Assembly (NCBI GenBank): GCA_050230475.1
Contig: JBFLGF010000061.1
Coordinates: 1-64,000 of the forward strand
Direction: 5' to 3'
DNA length: 64,000 bases
DNA from: Ancylonema sp.
Taxonomy: Eukaryota
The stretch's first letter is position 1; each line of letters opens with the position of its first letter. Below, one piece after another: positions 48,551-61,068 of the stretch. The notes beneath the pieces are model-generated. The model saw nothing but the letters and a program-made list of their open reading frames with translations. It was not told where the DNA came from and ran no database searches. The position numbers were made by a program, and so were the translations under genes.

Positions 48551-48672
48551 TTCACCGTATAGGCGCATTCACCGTATAGGTACTTCCCGCCGTAATGGCA
48601 TATTCACCGTATCAGTACTTCTTGCCGTATAGACACATTCATCGTCTAGGTACTTTTAACCGTATAGGCACA
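48551..48672. repeat. Degenerate 17/18-bp tandem repeat (TTCACCGTATAGG core)
   Basis: About seven units, alternating ...GCA/ACA and ...GTACT endings. Confidence 0.75.
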
Positions 48673-50548
48673 TTTGAACACCATAGAACACCACACGATC
48701 AATTATTGTCCGACATACATAAGTTGTGATCTTTGCACTCTGACCTCATTCGGTCAGAGTGCACCTCTAGAACCGCCGACAACTTGCGTCGGCAATATTT
48801 TGTATTTGTCCTTGCTTTGAGTGTGTTCAGCTGGCATGTGAATGTGCATTTGAGTGTTTAATTTGTATTCGGTATCGATCTAGCAAATAACAACCTTTGC
48901 AACTATCATAACGCTTCGGGCACGTTACGTCTAGGCCTTGACATTGCCTTGCCGTTGGGTTGATCGGTGGTTTGTATTTGGCATGCCTTAAATGCTTATG
49001 AGGTGTTGGCAATGGCCATTAGTGTACCGCTTGAGTATGATGCGGATTTGGACTAGATCATGTCACACGTGAGAGTAGACATGTGTGGAAGGAAGGAATG
49101 TTTCGCACGTGTGTGGTGCATTTAACAATGATGCTCGTTAGAACAAGAGTATGACACGATGTTAAATGAAACGACACCTGCAATATATGCTAATAAAATA
49201 TCCTCCTCTGGACGCGCAATGGGACTCTGACGCGGATCACTCCTTCATGGAAGTCAACATTACGGAAGTTGAACAGGAATATTGGAAACAGTCGGAATAA
49301 GCATAACAAACTCTGCATTTTCAGAGTCTCTCGAGTGGAAGGAAGGCGAGCACCTGTGAGAAATGGTTGCAACATGTCGCTTGTATATTAGACAAGTTTT
49401 TAGTTGGGACGAGTGAAATCGATCAAATATTTAAAGACTTGATACAAGATCAAGTCTAGTATAGACTTGATCTAGACGAGGTTCATTATTTTGTTTTGCT
49501 TAGGTTGGAATATTTCGATATGTGTGCGTGTAGGGTGTTGAATGAACATGGTGACTATATCGAACATTACGTAGTCAAATATGGCTTCGAGCACTTCGAG
49601 CACTCTATGCTTAGACTAGGGCATTGCCTTGCCTTTAGGTAGACTACCAAATAACATTCGGCATGTTGTGTAGTCGAGTGAAGTGTGTACTATAGCCTTT
49701 TTTTTCGCGCATGAGTATTTGGCGGATCTAGACTAGATCATATAACATGTGTGTACGACCATGTGAGAAGTTAGGAAGTGTTTCTCACGTGTGATCATTT
49801 GACGACGAAGTTCGTTATAACAATAGAATCGCACGTGAGAGTATAGCACGATGCTAGATGGCACGACAAGCCGTGTCAACATACACAAAGGCAGAGACGA
49901 AGCTTTAGTTGTGTTACGGCGTTTTTCAACTCGTTTGGCGTCGGGTAGAAGATCCAACATGGACGCACTATTCTCTGACTGTTGGCTGCCATGGTGTATG
50001 GGAGGTGCGAGGAGAAGCGAAGAGAGTTGACCTGTGCGATTGGTGTGTAGGCTATATTTGAACAAGTGGTGCACCGTAGAGTGCGTGGTTCACAACTACA
50101 AATGGTGATTCTACGGTGCACGTACACCGTTGGAGTACAAGTGGTTCTACGGAGCGCACAGTCCAGGCTGAGGCTATAACGAATGTGCCAAGAAAAAGGT
50201 GCAACCAGAATTCGAACCGAAATTTGTTACGATTCATCCCGTGAGACGAATAACGCACAAGAGTTAAAATGCCATCACGGCTTCCTGCTCGCAACGTGAC
50301 ACGTGCGACGCGATTCGAGTCAAACAATCGCAAGAAGTGCAACCGGTCATAAAACTCGCTGTGGTCAGTTACATAGCACGGAGTCACCTGCGTCTGTCGC
50401 TTCAGAGTGCAACTGCAAAGCAGCCTATCATGACAGCTGCTCATCAAGTCAGGCCACCCTAGATGTTGACAGTATGCCGATCTGGTCTATCCTGACCACG
50501 CGTGCGGAGAAGTTGTAGACGCTTATTGTCCTGCGCTGTCAATGTGTG

Positions 50549-52333
50549 ATGGCTGCGAGGCGATGGCTAGAGGGCAGCAGCTCATCTTCAAATAATCATA
50601 ACATGCGGTACGCCATGGGTTTTGACGGTGGCATTTTGATCGTAGTTTTAATAATGTTCGGTCTCGCCCCTTTCTCGACCCTCGTCCATTCTCCGTTTGT
50701 AAGAGGAGGGCAGTCGACAGTATCGACCCAGCCCTTGGAGGTTCAGAATCACAGGTTTGGAGCACGTACACTCGAGGAAGTGGTGCAAATGGAGGAAACC
50801 CCAGAATGGACGAACGATACGGCCTCTTACGATGGTAGGAGCCTATCAACTACGCACATATGGTTCAGCACTTCAGTCATGCTGTCAGTCCGGAAGGTGA
50901 TGTTCTACAAATATGCGAAACGACACACAGCCGCCAGAGTGTCACACTAACAAGAAAAGAACATAACATGTAGCGGCTGTGTGTTGCACACATTTGAGCA
51001 CATCTTCGCTTTCCGGAATCCAAGCCTGACGGAATCGCACTTAGGAAGTTGAAGCATTGTTCCCGGCGATCAGATGCGGTAGTGGAGGTTATTTTTGTTG
51101 ATAGGTGCTCAGACACAGCCGATCGTTCTGCACTTGACAGGATGAAACTGTCATACTGAGCGTGTATATATACTCATTATCATACTCATATCATTCACAC
51201 TCACACTCACTCTCACATTCACACTCACTCTCACATTCACACTCACTCTCACATTCACACTCACTCTCACATTCACACTCATCATCATATTATCATACTC
51301 ACTAGCAGGGAAGCTAGCTGGAGTAAGGTAGGAATGAGCTACGATTAAGATTGATGCAAGGCAGTAGGAAGGTAGGAGTGAGGCAGGAGTGAGGCAGGAG
51401 TGAGGCAGGAGTAAGGCAGGAGTGAGGCAGGAGTAAGGCAGGAGTGAGGTAGTCGGTGGCAAGTCCGAGCAGGTCGTTCAGCAAAGTGGAAGCAATGAGG
51501 TTCGCCTTCTTCTGACGCCATCCATGGCTATGCATTGCAGCAGTCGACACTGATATCTTGGTGGCGGATCCTGTGGGGCGTATTAAGGTGTACGTCTACG
51601 ACATGCCCCCCAAATACAACAAGAAGCTCATAAAGCGGGACCCACGCTGCCTCACGCACATGTTTGCAACAGAGATGATTTTCCATCGGACTATCTTGAA
51701 AAGCGCTGTTCGCACCATGAACCCTGAGGAGGCCGACTGGTTCTACGCCCCCATCTACGCCACCTGTGACCTCACTCCCCATGGCCTGCCGCTGCCCTTT
51801 CGCTCCCCCCGCATGATGCGGGCCGCCATCACCTATATCTCCCTCCTGTGGCCCTACTGGAATCGCACAGAGGGGGCAGATCACTTCTTCATTGTGCCGC
51901 ACGACTTCGGATCCTGCTTCCACTACCAGGTAAGGGGCAGGGTGGGGCCTGAGGTTTAAGACTCAAACGTTTGAGGATATAGATGTGAGGATGTAGATTC
52001 AAGGATCGAAAGTGGAGGGTGAAGAGTTCCGGTTTTTGTGAGCGCGGGTGTGGAAAGTGGTGCGGGGAGGTGTGTGGGGACTGCAGGAGGAGAAGGCGGT
52101 GGAGCGAGGGATTCTGCCCCTGCTCATGCGAGCGACTCTGGTGCAGACATTCGGGCAGAAGAACCACGTGTGTCTGAAGGAGGGGTCGATCGTGGTCCCC
52201 CCCTACGCCCCTCCGCAGAAAATGCAGAGCCGCCTGATTGAGCCAGGGACGCCACGAGGGACGTTTGTGTACTTCCGGGGCCTCTTTTTTGACAAAAACA
52301 ACGATCCGGAAGGGGGGTACTATGCCAGAGGGG
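50549..52333 (+). pseudogene. IRX10-like GT47 partial copy ending at ...YYARG
   Basis: Identical to the 5' part of the full gene; truncated at the repeat junction. May be an assembly artefact. Confidence 0.7.
51194..51450. repeat. 18-bp (CTCACATTCACACTCACT)n and 11-bp (GTGAGGCAGGA)n arrays in IRX10 intron 1 (three copies in the window)
   Basis: Direct read; repeated near 52494-52750 and 54401-54657. Confidence 0.9.
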
Positions 52334-53755
52334 ATCGCACTTAGGAAGTTGAAGCATTGTTCCCGGCGATCAGATGCGGTAGTGGAGGTTATTTTTGTTG
52401 ATAGGTGCTCAGACACAGCCGATCGTTCTGCACTTGACAGGATGAAACTGTCATACTGAGCGTGTATATATACTCATTATCATACTCATATCATTCACAC
52501 TCACACTCACTCTCACATTCACACTCACTCTCACATTCACACTCACTCTCACATTCACACTCACTCTCACATTCACACTCATCATCATATTATCATACTC
52601 ACTAGCAGGGAAGCTAGCTGGAGTAAGGTAGGAATGAGCTACGATTAAGATTGATGCAAGGCAGTAGGAAGGTAGGAGTGAGGCAGGAGTGAGGCAGGAG
52701 TGAGGCAGGAGTAAGGCAGGAGTGAGGCAGGAGTAAGGCAGGAGTGAGGTAGTCGGTGGCAAGTCCGAGCAGGTCGTTCAGCAAAGTGGAAGCAATGAGG
52801 TTCGCCTTCTTCTGACGCCATCCATGGCTATGCATTGCAGCAGTCGACACTGATATCTTGGTGGCGGATATGTTGTGTAGTCGAGTGAAGTGTGTACTAT
52901 AGCCTTTTTTTTCGCGCATGAGTATTTGGCGGATCTAGACTAGATCATATAACATGTGTGTACGACCATGTGAGAAGTTAGGAAGTGTTTCTCACGTGTG
53001 ATCATTTGACGACGAAGTTCGTTATAACAATAGAATCGCACGTGAGAGTATAGCACGATGCTAGATGGCACGACAAGCCGTGTCAACATACACAAAGGCA
53101 GAGACGAAGCTTTAGTTGTGTTACGGCGTTTTTCAACTCGTTTGGCGTCGGGTAGAAGATCCAACATGGACGCACTATTCTCTGACTGTTGGCTGCCATG
53201 GTGTATGGGAGGTGCGAGGAGAAGCGAAGAGAGTTGACCTGTGCGATTGGTGTGTAGGCTATATTTGAACAAGTGGTGCACCGTAGAGTGCGTGGTTCAC
53301 AACTACAAATGGTGATTCTACGGTGCACGTACACCGTTGGAGTACAAGTGGTTCTACGGAGCGCACAGTCCAGGCTGAGGCTATAACGAATGTGCCAAGA
53401 AAAAGGTGCAACCAGAATTCGAACCGAAATTTGTTACGATTCATCCCGTGAGACGAATAACGCACAAGAGTTAAAATGCCATCACGGCTTCCTGCTCGCA
53501 ACGTGACACGTGCGACGCGATTCGAGTCAAACAATCGCAAGAAGTGCAACCGGTCATAAAACTCGCTGTGGTCAGTTACATAGCACGGAGTCACCTGCGT
53601 CTGTCGCTTCAGAGTGCAACTGCAAAGCAGCCTATCATGACAGCTGCTCATCAAGTCAGGCCACCCTAGATGTTGACAGTATGCCGATCTGGTCTATCCT
53701 GACCACGCGTGCGGAGAAGTTGTAGACGCTTATTGTCCTGCGCTGTCAATGTGTG

Positions 53756-56079
53756 ATGGCTGCGAGGCGATGGCTAGAGGGCAGCAGCTCATCTTCAAAT
53801 AATCATAACATGCGGTACGCCATGGGTTTTGACGGTGGCATTTTGATCGTAGTTTTAATAATGTTCGGTCTCGCCCCTTTCTCGACCCTCGTCCATTCTC
53901 CGTTTGTAAGAGGAGGGCAGTCGACAGTATCGACCCAGCCCTTGGAGGTTCAGAATCACAGGTTTGGAGCACGTACACTCGAGGAAGTGGTGCAAATGGA
54001 GGAAACCCCAGAATGGACGAACGATACGGCCTCTTACGATGGTAGGAGCCTATCAACTACGCACATATGGTTCAGCACTTCAGTCATGCTGTCAGTCCGG
54101 AAGGTGATGTTCTACAAATATGCGAAACGACACACAGCCGCCAGAGTGTCACACTAACAAGAAAAGAACATAACATGTAGCGGCTGTGTGTTGCACACAT
54201 TTGAGCACATCTTCGCTTTCCGGAATCCAAGCCTGACGGAATCGCACTTAGGAAGTTGAAGCATTGTTCCCGGCGATCAGATGCGGTAGTGGAGGTTATT
54301 TTTGTTGATAGGTGCTCAGACACAGCCGATCGTTCTGCACTTGACAGGATGAAACTGTCATACTGAGCGTGTATATATACTCATTATCATACTCATATCA
54401 TTCACACTCACACTCACTCTCACATTCACACTCACTCTCACATTCACACTCACTCTCACATTCACACTCACTCTCACATTCACACTCATCATCATATTAT
54501 CATACTCACTAGCAGGGAAGCTAGCTGGAGTAAGGTAGGAATGAGCTACGATTAAGATTGATGCAAGGCAGTAGGAGGTAGGAGTGAGGCAGGAGTGAGG
54601 CAGGGAGTGAGGCAGGAGTAAGGCAGGAGTGAGGCAGGAGTAAGGCAGGAGTGAGGTAGTCGGTGGCAAGTCCGAGCAGGTCGTTCAGCAAAGTGGAAGC
54701 AATGAGGTTCGCCTTCTTCTGACGCCATCCATGGCTATGCATTGCAGCAGTCGACACTGATATCTTGGTGGCGGATCCTGTGGGGCGTATTAAGGTGTAC
54801 GTCTACGACATGCCCCCCAAATACAACAAGAAGCTCATAAAGCGGGACCCACGCTGCCTCACGCACATGTTTGCAACAGAGATGATTTTCCATCGGACTA
54901 TCTTGAAAAGCGCTGTTCGCACCATGAACCCTGAGGAGGCCGACTGGTTCTACGCCCCCATCTACGCCACCTGTGACCTCACTCCCCATGGCCTGCCGCT
55001 GCCCTTTCGCTCCCCCCGCATGATGCGGGCCGCCATCACCTATATCTCCCTCCTGTGGCCCTACTGGAATCGCACAGAGGGGGCAGATCACTTCTTCATT
55101 GTGCCGCACGACTTCGGATCCTGCTTCCACTACCAGGTAAGGGGCAGGGTGGGGCCTGAGGTTTAAGACTCAAACGTTTGAGGATATAGATGTGAGGATG
55201 TAGATTCAAGGATCGAAAGTGGAGGGTGAAGAGTTCCGGTTTTTGTGAGCGCGGGTGTGGAAAGTGGTGCGGGGAGGTGTGTGGGGACTGCAGGAGGAGA
55301 AGGCGGTGGAGCGAGGGATTCTGCCCCTGCTCATGCGAGCGACTCTGGTGCAGACATTCGGGCAGAAGAACCACGTGTGTCTGAAGGAGGGGTCGATCGT
55401 GGTCCCCCCCTACGCCCCTCCGCAGAAAATGCAGAGCCGCCTGATTGAGCCAGGGACGCCACGAGGGACGTTTGTGTACTTCCGGGGCCTCTTTTTTGAC
55501 AAAAACAACGATCCGGAAGGGGGGTACTATGCCAGAGGGGGAGGGGCGCGTGCCTCGGTGTGGGAGAACTTCAAAGACAACCCCCTGTTCGACATTAGCG
55601 CCTCCCACCCCGCCTCGTACTACGAAGACATGCAGCGCTCCGTGTTCTGCCTGTGCCCCCTGGGGTGGGCCCCCTGGTCTCCGAGAATCGTGGAGTCGCT
55701 GGTGTTCGGCTGCATCCCCGTCATCAGTGCGGACGACATCGTGCTGCCATTCGCGGACGCCATCCCCTGGGGAGACATCGCCGTGTTTGTACCAGAAAAG
55801 GACGTCCCGGAACTGGACCACATTTTGTCGGCCATCAGTCCCCGCCGCATTCTGGCGATGCAGAGGAAGCTGGCGACCCCAGCCGTGAAGCAAGCCATGC
55901 TGTTCCCCCAGCCGGCCCAGCCCGGGGATGCGTGCTACCAGGTGCTGAACACGCTGGCCAGGAAGCTGCCACACCCGGAATCCGTGTTTGTGAAGACAGG
56001 GGAGCATTTGTTGGACTGGAATGCGGGGCCAAGCCCCGATTTGAAGCCAAGGAAACCAGACTCGTCCATATTCTGGTAA
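53756..56079 (+). CDS. IRX10: GT47 beta-1,4-xylan synthase IRX10/XYS1-like
   Basis: Exons 53756-54041, 54748-55136, 55294-56079. Motifs DPVGRIKVYVYD, DPRCLTHMFA, PEEADWFY, WPYWNRTEGADHFF, CLCPLGWAPWSPR, LARKLPH. Confidence 0.95.
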
Positions 56080-58599
56080 TGTGAATAGAGCAGCTTCGAA
56101 AGAATGGTTAGCGCCGAAAATTAGAGACTGTATGTTTAGCAATGCGATTCACCAACACCTTTTAGGAGTTCAAAACACCTTTTTGTATGAACCTTCGAAG
56201 TTGGAGGGTGACGTAAATAGAGGGATATTAATGCATACATGTCTGTTAGCAAATGCTAGATGGTAAATTTATTATCGTGCTATGCCTAATAGGCAATAGT
56301 GCGTTCCAACTCAAACTATTGTACTCATTGCATCTTCATGTGTTTTCTAGAAGAGAGTCACAATCAATTTGGGCCTCATTGTTAGATAAGGAAGGTGGGC
56401 CCCTTCTTGTACACCTTGTCAATAGAATGGTAAGGTGTTTCCATGTTTCCATTAGTGACGAATAGCTATGATCTCGTTTCTGCACATGGTGTGATACAAC
56501 AATGACCTAATCAAAAACCCAAAGACACATGTCTCCTAAGAATTTCTAGGAATCTAGGCTTCCAATTCTTTTGCTCATCACTATGATATAAAATACATAC
56601 TTACTGTCCTCAGTTGTGAGCTTGTACGCACGCGTGTTCGTTTGTATGTATTTGTATGTATCATATTTGTGTGTATCTAAGTAAACTCATTTGTACAAAG
56701 CCCCTCACACAACATCTTCGACACTCAGAAACTACTAGGTGGTGGGATAATCAAGAAATTATAGCCATTAAAAAAAAAGTAGACAAGATACACATGAGCA
56801 TATTGACGCAAACGACCCTATGTCGCGCACGCAATGCCTTCAATTGTAGGGCCCAAATTGAGTTGTACACGCACTGCACATGGCTAGTACGCGATGTCAT
56901 CAACACGGAACCAATCTAACACACCATGACCGACGCATGTCAGCACCCGATATTGCATATTATACATAGCACAGTGCTGACTCATTTAGGTAAGCAAAGC
57001 ATAAGGAGCGCACTACGAAGGGTTCATTCAGTATGTTGAAAGTTAGATTTTTGTGAGTAGATTCGTACGTTTGAAGCACAGGGAGTGTTGGCTCGTCAAC
57101 TCTCCCACTTGAACGTTTCTAGTGCATCTAATGTCAACCCCATTTTTTAAAAAAATGACAAAATTATTATTTTTTTGGAATTTCTTTAGTACAAGAACCT
57201 TTCCAAGTCGGGTATAGACAGAATCCAACCCATTGAAGTCATAGTGATTCTGATGTCCCCATACTACCACACCCCACCCCTTCGGTGCTAGTCCGGTCCG
57301 GTCCGAGCTCCGGAACTTTGAACATCGTGTTGCGGGCACGATCGCTTGAAAACGAGAGGTCAAATGTGCTTGTAAAATCCAAAATGTTTCCTTTGTGAAC
57401 ATCGCGTGGCATAAAATTAATATTGCTTTCCGCATACCTTTTCTTTTTCGTTGGCTGATCGGTGTATGAATCATTGCCATTGCCTTGCGGCCAATCTCAT
57501 TTAAACAAACGACATGCATGATGCATCTTGTTGATTTCCTTGAGTATCGAGTTAAGCATGCTTTTAAACGGCATGATTCGACATAGGTTCATTGATGCAC
57601 TTTTTAACGTGCCTTTAACAGGGGGCTGAAAGGTAGCAAGTAGGGGATGAGACAAAGGAGGCTAGTTTTCGTGCTCAATCAATTAGATTGAGCACAAATC
57701 TAACTTTTGCTTCAAAGCTTTGTTTTTATATATAAATCGTGTCATAGTGAAGATTGGACCAATGCAAGGTGTTTGCTTGAATTAATGTACGATAGTGTAC
57801 GAGATTGTGATGTGGGTGATTATTTAAAACACTTGGAAAGCTCGATCTACGACAAAATTCGGCGATGAGCTCAAGAGCAGGGCGTGGTCTGAGTAAATAA
57901 GCAACGGATGCGGATAATGCGATATCAATGCACAAAGAATGCAAGGATAACATTAAACACCACGAGGGCTCACTGTCACACGACATTGTGGAGTGTTACA
58001 GAGAGTGTAAGGTGCCTCAGAGTTGTAGTGACCGAACGTCACTAGATTATAGTACAGTGCAAAACTAGGAGTTACCAATGTATGCTAGTTTTGTCTACGT
58101 GTGATATTCCCGTCCACTATGCCGCCAGGGTCGTACGTAGTTTGACCCTGCCACGAGGGTCACACTACGTACCGTACATCATTTGTACGGTACTAGCGCG
58201 CCGATTATCTACACCGCTATAACGCGAAACTGTTTCCACCATTATCGCCTGCATTGGTTCTTGATTGCAACTGGAGGCGCAACGCGCTATTTAGGCACAC
58301 GAATACATATGGACCGACACTTGATTTTTGTATGCAATGAATATTTATCACAAAATGAAGCCACTTTCCAATCCTAAACACCCGTCACATGGAACATAAT
58401 TATTTGATTGCCTTCATGGGCAATCAATTATTCACTATCGCACACACCTAGTCTCCTTCGACTCACACACTCGCCACTCTTATGTAGTGCAAAACAAAAC
58501 TTAAACAGCCTAAGACAAAATTAGAGCACTTAGAATCTCCTAAGTAAAAAATTAATCAGACAATAAAACAAATTTAACAAGCTCGGACATGCTACAATT

Positions 58600-58710
58600 C
58601 TACAATACTACAAAACTACAATACTACAATACTACAATACTACAATACTACAATACTACAATACTACAATACTACAATACTACAATACTACAATACTACA
58701 ATACTACAAT
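58600..58710. repeat. (ACAATACT)n 8-bp microsatellite
   Basis: Direct read; only a short seed at the equivalent site (~60845) of the other copy. Confidence 0.95.
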
Positions 58711-59009
58711 GAACAAAAATTATGAGAGCGTGTGAGATGCGCTCCCCCCCTCCCCATCGTGTCAAAATTTAATGCCTTCAAAACCAGATTTTTCCCCAAC
58801 CATGTCCACAGTATTGTCACATCATCAAACGATTCCTCAGATTTCTCCTTCGCTTGCTGTCGCACAAATACTTGGTCATCGATCTTATCCAAGCACTTGT
58901 TCCTCCTTCTTTTCCACCCCTTCGTCCCCCATTCCAGGTCTCCTATATGCGCTAATGGTGTACACTCTTCCAGGTCACATATCAAAAAAATGATATTCGT
59001 CCCACCTAG

Positions 59010-60170
59010 CTACGACTTAACCTCCCAACTTGTCCCCTCCTCTCCCCCGTTTGTCTGCACAATTCTTCTCGATTCGAGCAGGCCCCCCTCAGTTATTTCC
59101 TCTTCCTCCCCCACCCCCCTCTCCCTCCCCCTTGACGTTCGTAGTTCTACCAAATTCAGAGCCACTACACTCTCTGCACCCCCCCCTGCCATCAAATGCC
59201 CACTTTCCGAGAACACCGGTCTGTGCCAGGAGGTGTTGTAGTTGTTGGCTGAATGCACGGTGGACTCAGGGGATATGAATCTGTCTCCCTTCAGTTCGGG
59301 TGGGGCTTTGGGTTCAACCCACGCCATCTGCGTCATCGCTGTCGACCCTGGCATGCTGACCTGGAAGCCTATGATTGGCCCCTCCAGCTTCACCAATGCC
59401 TGCGTGCCACGTCACCCGACCCTCAATGAGCATACACTCAGGTACAGCTTCCGTTCAGATGCGTCCGAAATGCAGGCCAGGAGGTACGCACCTCAGGAGT
59501 TTCTGGGTCCCTTTCTCTGTGTTGCCGGCTCCCACAAGCCACCCCAAGAACCACCAACCCTAAGAGTGCCAGGCACCCAGCCCCCCCCAGAATAAACCCC
59601 ACGCTCAGGCTGTACCTCGCGCAGTTCTGCTGAGCAACCCAATACCCCGACAGAGAGAGGGTCAGCATCTGCTTCCCACCCCACCCCACCTTCCTCCTGG
59701 TGTCCTCAGGTTATGATAGGGGTGAGAGTACTTACTGTGGGTCCGTAGCTGTTCGACAAGGAATTGCTCGAGTTAAAGCAGTTGGTAGCGGTGGGTGCAG
59801 TGGGGGGGACAGGACGGATCGCCCCTCCGCCCCTGGGAAGGGATGGGGGGGCTGGGGGAGGATTGTAGTGAGTCGGGCCCCCAACAGACAGGACTGCATG
59901 GTCCACGACGCCAGCCATACTTCCACGCGTCTCATGGAGGGGTTGCACAGTCACTGGAGCAGTAGCAGGCTGCCACGTCAGCAGGTCGGGTTCTGCTGGT
60001 TCCGAGGTGGATAAAACCCGCCCTCTGAGCTGACAGGCCCCCTCCTGACATAGAATATTGCTGGCCTCACAGACGCCCGATATAACGAAAATAATGTGCC
60101 CTAAAACGACAAAACTGGAGATAAAAGATGCAAATACCGACACCCGCACCGTATAGGCACCTTCACCCAT
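59010..60170 (-). CDS. Single-pass membrane protein with VxMPG motif, copy 1
   Basis: Exons ~60170-59736, ~59627-59492, 59399-59010. The splice sites are conserved with copy 2. Confidence 0.65.
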
Positions 60171-61068
60171 TCACCTCAATAAATCACCAAACAAGCACAC
60201 GATCGATTATTGTCCGACACATCTAATGTCAACAAAAAAACAAAAAAACAAAAATAATGACGATATTTCCTAGGTAGAATAACCTTCCCAAGTCGGGTAT
60301 AATTATTATCCAACCCTTTTGAGTCATAGTGATTCTCATGTCCCCACAATGTCCCCCCCGTCCCCGAAACTGGCTCGAAACTTGAACATCGTGTTGCGGG
60401 CACGATTGCTTGAAAACGCGAGGTCACATGTGCCTATAATTTCCGGGATGAATCCTTCGTGAACTTTGCTTGGCATAAAACTAATATAGCTCATACATTT
60501 TTTTCCGTTGGCTGATTGGTGTATGAATCAGTGCAATTGCCGTGCAGCCAATCCCCACATCATGGCATGCTTGTTTTGTATATGCGATGAACATTTATCA
60601 CAAAATGAAGCCACATTCCAATCCAAAACACCCGTTTCATGTAACAAAATTATTCGATTGCCTTCATGGGCAATAAATCATTCGCCATCGCACACACCTA
60701 GTCTCCTTCGACTCACATACTCGCCACTCTTAAAGTAGTGCAAAAAAAACTATAACAGACCTAAGAAAAACCTGGAAGCGCTTAGAATCTCCTGCGTAAA
60801 TAATTGATCAAACAATGAAACAAATGTTACAAGCTCGGACGTGCTACAATACAACAATGCTACGATGTACATAACTTGAGAGAGCGTATGAGATGCGCTC
60901 CACTCTACTCCAACGTGTCAAAACTTAATGCCTTTAAACCAGATCTTTCCCCAACCATGTCCACAATTTTGTCACATCATCAAACAATTCCTTGGATTTC
61001 TCCTTCGCTTGCTGTCCCACAAATACTTGTCCATCGATCCTGTCCTAGAACTTGTTCCTCCTTCTTTT

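Larger units (their letters stand above)
49663..55540. repeat. Near-identical nested duplication A-B-C / B / A-B-C
   Basis: 49663-52333 = 52870-55540 (offset 3207) and 52334-52869 = 51034-51569 (offset 1300). I saw differences only in an 11-bp microsatellite. Confidence 0.95.

Noticed and set aside
48551..48672. CRISPR-like array
   Set aside because: Units are contiguous with no unique spacers, there are no cas genes, and the context is eukaryotic.
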